A model generated the notes under the pieces. It searched no databases. It saw nothing but the letters and a program-made list of their open reading frames with translations, and was not told where the DNA came from. The translations under genes and the position numbers were made by a program. From the NCBI RefSeq assembly GCF_001194135.2, contig NC_068981.1, positions 60,898,971 through 60,962,970 of the forward strand: DNA of 64,000 nt, given 5' to 3'. The number at the start of each line of letters is the position of its first letter. The stretch's first letter is position 1. Shown in pieces: positions 11,680 through 24,307 of the stretch. This stretch comes from Octopus bimaculoides (taxonomy: Eukaryota).

Positions 11680-11885
11680 CTGTTGTGCCTGTAATTCAAA
11701 GAGACAGCCTTGTTACGCTGTGTCACGCTGAATGTCCCCGTGAACTACGTTAAGGGTACACGTGTCTGTGGAGTGCTCAGCCACTTGCACGTTAATTTCA
11801 CGAGCAGGCTGTTCCGTTGATCGGATCAACCGGAACCCTTGACGTCGTAAACGACGGAGTGCCAACGACGACGACGAACGAACGA
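11680..11885 (+). mobile_element. SINE family B central/tail domain
   Basis: Near-identical in reverse complement to 45918-46094 (cacgtgtctgtggag..ctcagccacttgcacgttaa..cacgagcag..gttgatcggatcaa). It ends in an (acg)n/(ac)n tail. Confidence 0.8.
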
Positions 11886-11898
11886 CACACACATACAC

Positions 11899-11933
<35 letters not shown>

Positions 11934-12289
11934 CACAATCACACACGCGCGCGCGCATACGCACACACACATTAGTATGCGATAAAGCCAATATGCGATA
12001 AAGGCAAATCTGCTAGTAAAAGTATCCATAGAATTAATACATACAGCAAAGAAAAGTAAATATTGTTTATCATTAATCGCGTAAAGTCTTTAACGATATA
12101 TTCAAGTTAAACCAGATAATGATAAATGTACCGCCAATTTGTAAACAATAAACATACTAAAATTACGTAAATAAGCAATAAGAAAATTGATGCCGTTGAA
12201 TAGCAGAATATCACCATTAGAATCATAAGACTTTTATGTGCAGATTCTTTTGTTTAATCTATCAATTTGCTAGGTGCCAAATTAACCCA

Positions 12290-12780
12290 CGGCATAGAGT
12301 AAGCAACAACGCTAAATCTAAAAGTATAAATAATAGCATATACATATAGGAATCCCCTTACTATAAATTAAAGAAAATTTAGGAAAAAAAAAAGTAAACG
12401 CCAGTTTAATCCCTTGTCATTGCAAAGTGGGATTCACATACCCCGATTATATTTCAGGAACTTACAAAGTATTTTCTCCAACGATACAAATGCCATCAAA
12501 TTTTCAGTAAATGAAATCATATTTGGTGAATCCTAGTTTAAGTGATAATATTGCTACGAAATTACTACAAACATACTAAAGACCTTAATAATAACCGAGA
12601 TAGGACTAGTGAAACAGCTTTATCCGGTAGGAATATTAATAGCAGTGATAATAACATACAACCAGACAATCTTACACCTACCAACTCCCGTAACATAATC
12701 AATATTAAACATTATATTCATATTTCATTCAATATGAACTTCAAAGAGTATTACTAGTAACGAGGGACACTCTAACAAGG
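12290..12780 (+). pseudogene. Very degraded PLE (RT thumb/linker, Hydra-like) remnant
   Basis: Frames give HRVSNNAKSKSINN..ESPYYK, FNPLSLQ and MKSYLVNPSLSDNIATKLL, echoing the PLE 'RxSxNS..PYY..FNPPFS..KISYSCMPN..IIxxHNxKLL' motifs. Many stops. Confidence 0.35.
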
Positions 12781-13440
12781 TGATAGAATAGAATTAAAGC
12801 ATCTTTATGGAAACGGATTTTGAATATATGTAAAATATCTCTGTAATATCCTCTCACATAGTGCAACAAAGCAATATATATGGTCTACTTCAATTATTTC
12901 AAAATAAGTGCCTCTGTATACACACCCTCAAATCAAGATAGGAACATTTTCTAGTTGACCGCCTAAAGAATTTGAAATCTGAAGCTATCGATTTCATATT
13001 AAAGTAGAAGATTTGAATATCAGCGAAACAATATGAAAATGAAAGATGTGTAATGACGGATACGAACATAGGAATAATTAATTCACGAGTCCTGTGAACA
13101 ATTAATTAATTAGAACCATAACATTGTTTAGTTATTCAGGTACGATAAGACTTAAAACTCCAGTTAACAGTTCTCTATCACAATTCATAATCTTTACAAA
13201 ATGTATTAAATTTTCTCCTAATAATATAAATTTATGAACAACGCGACATCTAACACACTAAATATCATTTTGCTTCTTTGACATTCAGCGAATAATCCTG
13301 CTGACTTGCAAATTCAATGCTTAAATGTGTTAGTTTAAAATATTTTGTCCATGTTGTACTCTCTTTTCATTAATGTTTATCTATTTAACTTATACTACTT
13401 GAATCCGTTTACGACGGGCTCTTAACTACAAAACTAAAGT

Positions 13441-13639
<199 letters not shown>

Positions 13640-13640
<1 letters not shown>

Positions 13641-13856
13641 AGGCAGTGAGCTAGCAGATTCGTTAGCACGCCAGGTGAAATGCTTGGCAGCATTTCATCC
13701 GTCTTTATACTCTTGTTTCAAATCCGGCCGAGGTTAATTTTGCCTTACATCCTTTCGTGGTCGATGAAATAAGCACCAGTTTAGCACGACTGGGGGCGAT
13801 GTAATCGACTAGTCACTTCCCACAAAATTTCAGGCCTTGTGCCTGTAGTAGGCAGG

Positions 13857-13858
<2 letters not shown>
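13640..13858 (+). mobile_element. tRNA-derived SINE, family A, near full length
   Basis: Starts aaggcagtgagctagcagattcgttagcacgcc, has B-box-like gtttcaaatcc and catcctttcgtggtcgat, and is followed by a (TTA)n tail. Confidence 0.85.
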
Positions 13859-13891
<33 letters not shown>

Positions 13892-15920
13892 CATTATTAT
13901 TATTATTAATTTTGTATAATTTTAAAGCAATCTGATCTGTAGTTGCGAGCCAGTACCCGATTTCTAGATACAATACAGTGTTTATTTTCAATTAAAAATA
14001 GATTTACAAGATTTCCATGAATTAATATATAAGTAGCATGGCGTTCTTTTTTTTAAATATTTTCCAAAGTATTAGATTTTTAAAGCGTCAAATTGGATAT
14101 AACCAAAATTATAATATGCATTTTCTGACTTGGTAAGTGTTCTTTCTCTTTTCTATATTGATTATTATTTTCTAATTAAATAATACTTTGCTTCTCCAGT
14201 TAAAAAAGAAATAACAAGGGGTAGAATTTTTATGTTCAGTGCGTGATTTAATTAAAATCAGCCCAACCGAAGAAGAAATCTGCGTCGCATCTAAATTTTA
14301 AGCAGCATACCTCATATACGGATGCTGATACATTATTAATCAAATATACGATGAATAATATTTTTAAAAAAAATGATAATTCTTTGTTTCATTAGAAAAC
14401 TGTATTTATATACATGTCTTTCCGAAAATGATACGCATCTATTTTGATGAAAACTAAACACAGTGAACATTTCAATGCTGGCGGCAAGACAGGAAACCAA
14501 ATACTTAACTGATGAAACATATCACAATGCATGCAATTCCGAAAAACCTGTTTGACATTTTATGGTGTGTGACTATTTTTAAATTAGCATAATTTCAGAC
14601 ATACTAACAAGTTATGTCCGGCAGTAACCACCGCATGGTAACCAATTACATATCTACATTCACATATGCATCTACCCTCATATATATCTGTATGTAAGTG
14701 AGTGTGTACGTGTGTGTCGGTATGTGTGAATTTTTGTGTGTGCACGTGTGTGTGTGCGTGCGTTTATACACAACGCCTTCGTGTGCACTTCACCTGGTAT
14801 GATGTTGGCTGCAGTTATTACTGTTTGGAAGAAAAAGGTTCTCGTCATAGCAACATGAGAAAAAGAGAGAGCTTGGCTTTGAATGGTGTCCTCAGACTGT
14901 CGGACACATTTTTCTGTATCGTTACGTTTCATAAATGAGAAAGACATCGCTTTGATAATTCACATACTAATGTGAGTTCCCATCCGTGCTTTCGCCTAAA
15001 AATCTAAGCATGTTTACTGGTGCTTACAGTTTCATCAATCTGTTAATAAATAGCAATACGAGCAGACTAAAAAGCGACAATTAAAATAAACCTCAGTACA
15101 TTTATATTTCATGCGCTCGTTAGACACAAGTACAGGAAGACGCTATTGCTCTAAAAACGCAGAAATTTGTTTCTGTCACTTCCATGAGATCATTTACAGA
15201 CCAACGCGATGTCACTTCACAGAAGATGAATATTTCGTCTTGTGTCTATACATAATATTTCGTCTATAAGATGAATATTTTCTTCGATACATTATTCACT
15301 GCCAATTTTTTTTTTCAGTTTTGTGTATACACCAGCTTATGAAATATGAGTATACTCTGCTTTATTATGATATGAGGTGCTTAGCTTGCTCTCATAACCA
15401 ATTAATTCACTCTTGACAAACATTTGAAAGTGCCGGCAAATATATTGTTTTCGGATTGCATGGAGGACGGCAGTCTCGATTTGTGAATATATAACTGAAT
15501 CGGTGTATGTCATTGACGAAAAGTAATTACGTAAATTAATTTTCTGAGTGTCCAGCAAGTTTACTTCGAACAGAGCTTGATTTACTAATTCAATCCTTGT
15601 TTTGTGTTGTTCTCTTGTTTTACGTAGGATTTTCCCTCGCAGCACGTGGAGATTCTGTGAATTGCAATTGGTTTCGTGGTTGGTTCATCCCGTTTCTTCC
15701 CTATATATTTTCTTGTGCACTCTGGTACATAAAACGTCTCCGCATATTTCATCTTCGCTCGGAGAATCTGAGCAATAATTCTATTTAGGAAACATCAGAA
15801 CAACTGCTGTATTAAATTTGTACGCTGAAGTTTATTAATCATGTTTGAGTTGACATTTTTCCCCTTAAGGTTTCCTCCAACCAGAACTTGTGTCAACGAG
15901 AGTTTTCACATTTATATAGT

Positions 15921-16240
15921 CTTTTACTCTTTACTCTTTTACTTGTTTCAATCATTTGACTGCGGTCATGCTGGAGCACCACCTTTAGTCGAGCAAATCG
16001 ACCCCAGGACTTATTCTTTGTAAGCCTAGTAGTTATTTTCTCGGTTTCTTTTGCCGAACCGCTAAGTTGCGNNNNNNNNNNCACACACACACACACACGC
16101 ACACACACACATATACGACGGGCTTCTTTGAATTTCCATCTACCAAATCCACTCACAAGGCTTTGGTCGGCCCGAGGCTATAGTAGAAGACACTTGCCCA
16201 TGTGGTTGGTAAGCAAGCTACTTACCACAGAGCCACTCCC
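15921..16240 (-). mobile_element. tRNA-derived SINE, family C
   Basis: The reverse strand reads ggagtggctctgtggtaagtagcttgcttacc...gggcaagtgtcttctactatagcctcgggccgaccaaagcc...ggtgctccagcatgaccgcagtcaaatga. It is homologous to 34422, 44288 and 49165. Confidence 0.85.
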
Positions 16241-16729
16241 GAGATTAAAACACATATTCCATAAAATTCCATAAATTAATAGTGCATATACAGTTGTCAT
16301 AAAATTAATTTATTTTATGACGGAAAAATTAGGGAAATCGCGCGTGAGAATTATAAAAAGTGTAGAGAAAAATATGAAACTAATGAAAAACATAGGTAAA
16401 GGGAAACCGAAACAAGAAAAATACACAGAAAATAGAAAAAAGAGAATCAATAGGAAATAGTGGATTAATTTTAGAAAGCAGAAGATTATAAAAATAAATT
16501 TTAATGAATTGGAAAAGAAGATTTGAAGTGAAATGCTTTTATAGTTATTCATGTTTTTTTTTTTACAGCAATAGAAAATGAATTTTTCAATGTCCGAGTG
16601 GAAAACCAAGGATATATGCATATCCAAATAAATGCACGCATATACATTTGAACGCATATGTATGTGCATGCGTGCATATGTGTTTGCGTGTGTGTGTGGT
16701 GTGTCCTTCTGTGAAACTTAATGATTTAC

Positions 16730-17660
16730 AATACTTCAGAGAGTTCTAAGCCAAAAGTTCATACGAAGATATTTGTTTGGAATGCTTATTTAATAGTTAT
16801 AGTGCAAAGTATAAATTTTCATTGGAAACTTTTACAAAGGTCACATTTTATTATTGTGTCCGAACAGTTTTGCCAATGAAAAATTTTTCCAAGACGATGT
16901 GTATGAGATATTAAATTATTAAAGAATTATGAGCTTTCCGATATACGCAAGCAAAAATACGCACACAGAGCGGCGGTGGCGGCGGTGGAAGCTCAGCGCA
17001 TCAAGCAGCTAAAACAACAACACTACATTTTTAAACTTTCTAAGATCCAGGAACGATGCATTTAATCAATGTCTTTATCTGAAACGATTCCTGTTAGGAG
17101 CTGGGAATTTCCAAGATGACTCTCTATCACCTTCCCTCTTTCGAGGTACGTTTGGCACCGATGTAAGGGAGGTGACTCCGTCCCGTCTGGAACTACTTGC
17201 GGATATATATTTGGTTATGAACTCTGTTGAGCTCCAGACCAATGCCGAAATACTTCAGGTTTACAAAATCTTGCTTTCACGACGATAATACCTTTCTGTG
17301 GGTTTGGTGAAAAATAAATTATAATACAAGTAATAAGACAAAGAAATTCTGTCACACATCTTTGATGATTTGCTGCAGTTGTTTCTGTACTACCTCTCCC
17401 TGTGACATGAGACAAGACAAGACAAAAGAGGGAAGGTGATAGAGAGTCATCCTGGAAAATGCCACCGGAAATTCTTGCATCTCCAGCATTAAGAGATTCA
17501 TCGTCACTTTTGAAAGTGAGTGTGGTTCTCCATGGTCTCATACGAAGATATATGTTTGGAATGTTTATAAGTTAACTAATGATTGTGGTTTTAGACACTA
17601 GTGTGGGACTTCATCAGAATTGCATCAACAAGTACACTTTCGCATTGTGCGTCTTGCAGA
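16730..17660. mobile_element. Cluster of R4/Dong-clade non-LTR RT fragments in mixed orientation
   Basis: Minus strand 17410-17660: SDEVPH..LINIPNIYLRMRPWRTTLTF..SLNAGDARISGGIFQDDSLSPSLFCL. Plus strand 17080-17145: SETIPVRS-GNFQDDSLSPSLF. Minus strand 16730-16810: ISIPNKYLRMNFWLRTL. Confidence 0.7.
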
Positions 17661-17759
17661 CATTAATCTTTGTCTTTTCTTGAAAGGAAACAAAAGGTAA
17701 ATAAAATTGCGATTAGGGGATGAGTAAATAACAGAGAGGAAGATATAGAAGAAGGAGAT

Positions 17760-17807
17760 GAATAATAATAATAACAATAATAATAATAATAATGATGATG
17801 ATGATGG

Positions 17808-17841
<34 letters not shown>

Positions 17842-17868
17842 AATAATAATAATAATAATAATAATAAT
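17760..17868. repeat. (AAT)n(GAT)n(AAT)n microsatellite
   Basis: Directly visible. Confidence 0.95.
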
Positions 17869-17948
17869 CTCTAAATGCTGGAGATGTAAGAATTTCATGT
17901 GGCATTTTCCAGGGTGACTCACTATCACCACTCCTCTTCTGTCTAACC
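17868..17948 (+). mobile_element. 5'-truncated R4/Dong-like RT fragment (runs into the gap)
   Basis: SLNAGDVRISCGIFQGDSLSPLLFCLT begins immediately after (AAT)n. Confidence 0.8.
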
Positions 17949-18371
17949 NNNNNNNNNNNNNNNNNNNNNNNNNNNNNNNNNNNNNNNNNNNNNNNNNNNN
18001 NNNNNNNNNNNNNNNNNNNNNNNNNNNNNNNNNNNNNNNNNNNNNNNNNNNNNNNNNNNNNNNNNNNNNNNNNNNNNNNNNNNNNNNNNNNNNNNNNNNN
18101 NNNNNNNNNNNNNNNNNNNNNNNNNNNNNNNNNNNNNNNNNNNNNNNNNNNNNNNNNNNNNNNNNNNNNNNNNNNNNNNNNNNNNNNNNNNNNNNNNNNN
18201 NNNNNNNNNNNNNNNNNNNNNNNNNNNNNNNNNNNNNNNNNNNNNNNNNNNNNNNNNNNNNNNNNNNNNNNNNNNNNNNNNNNNNNNNNNNNNNNNNNNN
18301 NNNNNNNNNNNNNNNNNNNNNNNNNNNNNNNNNNNTAAGAAGAAGAAGAAGAAGGTTGGGGAGTTCTAAAC

Positions 18372-18512
18372 TTGTAGTTATTCTGGTGATATCTGTTGCC
18401 GAACCTAGTCGGCATAAGGCTATAGTAAAGGACACCCACAGAAGGTGCCCCCGCAGTGAGACTGAAAAGGGAGCCATGTACTTGAGAAGTAAATTGCTTA
18501 CGACACAACCAT
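18372..18512 (-). mobile_element. SINE family C fragment
   Basis: ttgccgaacc..aggctatagta.aggacac..aaggtgcc.cgcagtg.gactga...ccatgt matches family C. Confidence 0.6.
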
Positions 18513-20014
18513 ACATTTATTTTCAAATCGTTGTTTCCATTCGGAAAACCAGTCACACCTTAAGTACCGGAAACGATGTGTCATTACCCATATTGTTTCC
18601 CAGATTGTGTTTCTGGGCTCCTATACGTACTTCACCCTTTGTAGTCTGATTGTGATGTCTATGTATTGGTAGTGGAATAGTTGAAATATTCCCAGAATTG
18701 AACAGCATTCTTTTCTCTTCAGAGTATTTGGATATTATAATTAGTCTTTGCCATCATTTTGTTATGCATTCTCCGTTTGACTTTCTATATCTCTTTTGTA
18801 TTATCAGCGTGACGAGGGATAGAGGTGGTGTGAAACTGAGAACATATCAAAGAGTGGAACCATAAAATAAACAGATTCATAACAGTCCCTTTAAGGATTT
18901 CTTTTACAACTAATATATATTTTGAAAGTAACTAATGCTACAGTAGCCTGCCCTTCAGAAAATCATGCACCCAGCGTTATCGAAGGATTTTGCTATGTTA
19001 AAATATATCACATCCACTTTTCAGTGATGGAACTGCTGCTAGAAAACTCGACAAACAGCACCAATGATATAGGCGCAGTGCTTGCCAGGTATTTTGGTAG
19101 CGTAAAACGTGCTACATGTCTGCGAACAAGCTATATTCTTCTAAGAATATATTCAGTTTCTTTTTGACAATCTGTTCCATGATGCTGTTGATTTTCTGAT
19201 GTCAGAGTAACAGACCTATAACTTTTAGTACCTTTTCTGCTTTCTTCTTGGGACATTATATATTCTTTTTAACCTTTTAGCATTATCACATCCGAAGGCG
19301 TTGTGGAAGAGCATCAGCAACAGTTTTGATAAGATTTTACAGTGTTTGTAAGAGAACCGCTATAAAACTCATTTGAGCAAAAGTTTTCGTTTCATCTCAC
19401 ACGTTTATGTATGGATATTGGTTACTTCTATGGAAAAATACAAATGTAATACATATACATACATTTACATTATAATTCTACTTATCCATAACAGCACTAA
19501 TACGCACATTTTCGATTTCAATAAACTCATAATGCACGGTATTCATGTTTCGACTTTGAAGTAGTGTGAATTCATCCAGCTCCTCCTCTGGGTGTTTATA
19601 CAATTGACAGCATAAGGTTAGCGCAGAATATTATCAACTAAATGGCAAAATAACTGCTTACATTTGCTTCGGATGTAAGGATCAGTGCACTCAGAAATGT
19701 GTGATAATATGACTTTTCATGGATTCATCACATTACATATCGAAGTATTTCTTACCAAGGAAAACGTTTGAATATATAAGTTCAGTATCAGATTACATAC
19801 CTACACACACGCATGTATATATTTGTATGCGGGCATGCACTTGTGTATTAACCATAACGAGTGCCTGAGAAAGAGTATAACATAACTGAACTTACAATGC
19901 TTTCCGAAAATGTGGGTACCTTAGAAGTTACAAGAGGACACAGACAACCTTGCGGAACATGAAGGAAGTGGGAATAGGAGGGGAATTACGCGGTACCATC
20001 ACTACGCTGCAACA

Positions 20015-20110
20015 TTTGTTTTAAAGAGTAAACTGGAGCAGCATGAAATTAAGTGCCTTGACCAAGGAAACAACGCACCTACACGCCCAAGATTCGAAAC
20101 AATTTAAGAT
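20015..20110 (-). mobile_element. SINE head fragment
   Basis: gagtaaactggagcagcatgaaattaagtgccttgaccaaggaaacaacgc...gattcgaaac is homologous to 7570-7650. Confidence 0.55.
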
Positions 20111-21819
20111 AGATTGTGAGTGTATGTATTTCCAAGTATTGCGTATGTGTTAACCCAATTTGATTTGTATCTCTTTTTGTTAATTTACATTATATACGGT
20201 CTGAGGATGATATTCATTGAATTCTCTATTTGTTTATATTACACGCAATCAAACCATTTTGCTCAAACCAACAGTTATTTTGAGTTGATTCCAATTCCAT
20301 TAGTTTAGCACTAAACATTAAGGATCGAAGGTTAAATCAAACATATCCTTTTCTGCCCAAAATTGTGTGACGTGCATGTAGCTATTTTCCTTCCTTTAAG
20401 GCAATCTAACACTTTTTGTCATTTTACATTTTGTTCACGTTTACGATTATGCTCATCTTTAAAAACCCAATAATTTTATTTATCCATTAGTCCTTGAATG
20501 AAGAAGATATGAAAGTTTACTAATTTTATCAAATTATCTTTACACATGCAAAGATACAAACACAGTCTTACACAAATATATTCCGCACCTAGTAAAATGC
20601 AGTAAAGTATATATATATATATTTTATCGTACAAGTGTAATTCTACAATCGGTGCAAATAATAAAGTAATATTTCAATAGAAATACATCTGCATCTTTCA
20701 ATCCTCTCAGTATAACAACCTCTCAATTATAACTAAGTGCTTCATGCAAATACAATAGCCCTTTCAAAATGTCAGCCAATTAAAACAAAATAGACTCACC
20801 TAACTACAGTGAAATGCATTAAATAATTTACGATACGAGCCAAATAGCAGTGTATTTAGGTGATTCCACACCAGCTCACTAAAGGGCGTCTTCTAGATGC
20901 ATTTCTGATATCAGTAGAAGCGTAACCGGACGTGCAATTAATTGTTTACATTTAGTTCTACAGTTACCAATGAAAATGTTTTGTGTATCCTTGATATATT
21001 TACCAAACGCTAACATAAGGAACAGATAAATATCACGAACAGCTGAACATTAAATTGCTTCATCTATCAATTGATTAAAAATTTTGCGTTGAGTCAACGA
21101 AGAACCCCTTGTGCATTTCGTGGTCTGCAAGATTTTATAAGAGTAAAATGAATTTCAAATTACACTTCACTGTCTCAAAAACGAAACAGATGTCTTGAGT
21201 GAAATCTTACTTGCACTACGTCTAGAAAAAAAAAAGAGATAAGAGGGAACAGTGTTGAACTGGCATTTTCTAATTATACCCATTAAACCTGGATATGAAC
21301 AGCAAAAGCTCATCTGCTAGAACATTTCATTACATCACCAAAAATAGAGTACAGCACTTCCTTCCCAAAATCATTAGGTCGATCACATCGTTTACACTGC
21401 TCAACATATATTTCACTGACATCAATTTCTATAAAGAGCAAAACACTTCACCTTATATTCACTTCATGAAATCTATGTCAGATTCACGTATTTTGTGATG
21501 AATTCTACTTCATGTCAGAAAAAAATTGCCCCTGAACCGGTCACATGTATTCAACAATATTCAACTGTCATATTTTATTCTTTCTGAAAAGTTCTATGAA
21601 ATTGATACTGTTATGTTTAGATCTCAAATCAACAAACCTAGAGATGTTACGTACGAATACACTTACACATCATTATGCAAAATGTACACACAATGTACAT
21701 TATCCAGTACACAATCACTGACTAGAACTACATCACACGCACACAAATATAAAATTATATAGGTATTCAGATTTCACTTACTCGGGTTATAGAATCATAT
21801 ATCACACATTACAAAAATA

Positions 21820-22830
21820 GGACGTATATTCCCATATAAAATACCTGACCGATAATACATACCCTTGTTTATCTTTTCTATCCACGTTAGTACCTTAGAA
21901 GATAACTATTAATTCTGTAATTTATTTTTAAACCATAATCTATTAAATCCCCAACTTAGTTGTAACACTTATTTCTAAATAATTTAACATTCAGCTGGTT
22001 TCTCCATTCACGACTACGTACACACTCATATCCGCAAAGCTAAAATTATTTCTACATCCACTGACCTTAGCCATAAAACGGACACAAACACTTACTACTA
22101 GATTTACTCCCCAACCCCTTCGAACTAGAAAATAGCACTGGCACCTACTATTCATTTTGAATCCCTTTCATTTTACTTTATTCGGCATTTTTACGTTATC
22201 TTCCTTTACCTCCTCCTCTTTCCTTATTTACCCTGATTTATTCATTTGTATTTGTTTTCGTTAACTTCATTTACCTCATCCATTCCATTAATTTACCTTG
22301 ATTTATTTATTTATTTGTATTTTTGCGTTATTTTCCATTACCTCCTGCACTCCTTCTTTCCACTTATATATCTATTTATTTTCTTGTTTTTTGTTGTACA
22401 TTATATTTTTATATACCTTATTTTATCCTTCATACCTATCCTTGCTTTCCTCCTCCATTCTCTGTACCCTCTGTTTCTCCTCCATTACCTTCTTATCTTT
22501 CTATTTTTCCTTTCTATTTATCCCTTAATAGCCACCTCTGGCATTTATCTCTGGATATTTACATTATCAAGGCTATAACTATACATGGATTTACTCGGGA
22601 TTGCACCTAAGGATTAATAGACTAACATCTGCAGTATCGGAAATTTGGACTGTGGACCTTTATGCTTCTTTTTCTTCTTTTTGTGTAATTCTTTATTCCT
22701 TTTTTCCTGCCCTCTGCGTCATCGTTTCATTAATCTATACCTTTCGCATTGTCCCTATTTGTCTCCGATGACGGAATATCATATACCTTGGGATATCCCA
22801 GAAACAGCTGTAGGTCCTTAAATTTTTCCA
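21820..22830 (+). mobile_element. Degraded 3' end of a Penelope/Poseidon-type PLE (GIY-YIG remnant, pyrimidine-rich UTR, HHR-like end)
   Basis: YKIP..YI..HSAGFSIHDYVHTHIRKAKIISTSTDL resembles the Poseidon-type endonuclease 'YKIPC..YIGQ..SALF.H..H.I.W..AKII'. It ends in a hammerhead-like motif. Confidence 0.4.
22759..22818 (+). ncRNA. Hammerhead-like motif with variant core (CCGAUGA)
   Basis: ttgtct-CCGATGA-c-gg(a)atatc[loop]gatatcc-ca-GAAA-cagctg-TA-ggtcct: palindromic stem III CAGCTG and a GUA triplet, but stem I is degenerate and U4 is replaced by C. Confidence 0.4.
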
Positions 22831-22912
22831 GTAATAATAACGCATATGACTTGAAATGGTTGTCATGCCTTAGCGTTTGTCGTCCTCTTTAACAATTATA
22901 CACACACAGACA

Positions 22913-22951
<39 letters not shown>

Positions 22952-23262
22952 CAGGATGCAAAATATAATAATGGTATTATTTCCACTTTTCTAGCAGTTC
23001 TGTTTGAAATTCAGCGGAAAGTCCACCAATGGAAACTCGGAAGGAGTAAATAAGAGAGTAAAATAGAATGCCAAAAAGCCATATCTTGTCCATGGAAGCT
23101 ACATTTTGCAAAGTGACGAAGAATTAGTCCGGCAAGAAAAAGTGATTTTCAGTAAAAAGGGAAATGGCAGATGACGAATAAGTGTGTGTATATGTCAGTA
23201 TGTGTGTTCTTGCGACAGATTTGTACGTGTTTTGTACAATTGTGTATGTGTATATATATGTA

Positions 23263-23318
<56 letters not shown>

Positions 23319-23520
23319 GCCAGCTCGATTTCTAGTGTGCAGATACCACCTATTACCAAGAAACCATTGAAGAACTGGTAAAGTTTATTTTCTTCCACAA
23401 AACCAATCCAATAGTCGAAATTCCGTATCCACAGTATATGATGTAGATCTACTTTGCATGATTAAGTACAGTATCTTCCCACCGAATTTTTGTTCTATGA
23501 TGTCCAATGTCCACAATAGA

Positions 23521-24036
23521 GGGATGTGTGTAGTGAGTCAGCAGGTTCCTGCAGAAATAGTTGAGGATTTGTCAGTGTCTGGAGAGGACTATTTTGTGTG
23601 AGTAGAATAACTAACTGAAGATGACTACCAGCAGCACGAATGAAGAATTATTAATGACCCTCGCTGGGGAAATGTAATCCTGCGAATGAAATGTTTCTCG
23701 GGATGGTGTAGTTTTTTGACAGGACAGAATTAGAGAGCAGTGGATGTTGTCAAGTTTGCAGATTTTCGGATCAGACACAGCGCGCTTGTGGGTTTCAAGC
23801 GCGTGAAAAGAATGACCTGGATAACTGCAAAATACCTGACTATGCGAACAATCTTGGCAAGGACTGTAGGGTACCAGTTTGCAATGGAAAGCAGAGCATC
23901 GATTGAGGAGGAACAACCAAGCAAGATACTTGGAATGCAACACGAAGGATTAAAAAGAACAAAACGGTGGCATGAAATATTTCGTGTGCTTAGTTTTGGA
24001 GAGGAACCTTGGGATGCACACTTACACCTGCTCTAA
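23521..24036 (+). pseudogene. Degenerate ORF, probably the C-terminal part of a LINE (Tx1-like) ORF1
   Basis: One frame is mostly open for about 170 codons. NDPRW...RAVDVVKF...KRMTWI parallels RDPEW..IAVDVKT..HRLKWF in the ORF1 tail at 29303-29710. Confidence 0.3.
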
Positions 24037-24307
24037 AGCCACATGAGCATATTGTGAAAGTAAGAACCGGTGTAATCGCCGAGAAATTAGTCATTGAAAG
24101 TGCTTCTGCCTATCGGCTAAGGTTATGTCTTTGTGAGGCAGTTATAAGGAAGATTCCAGTTGTCATGTCCATTTCATTGTACATGCTAGCAAAATACAAA
24201 ACTGGGAACGACCGTTGGGAACGACTGAAGTTCCCAGAAGCTACCTCCCGAGAAGCACTGAATATATTTATCCAACTAAAAATATATATTCATACGCACA
24301 CACACAT

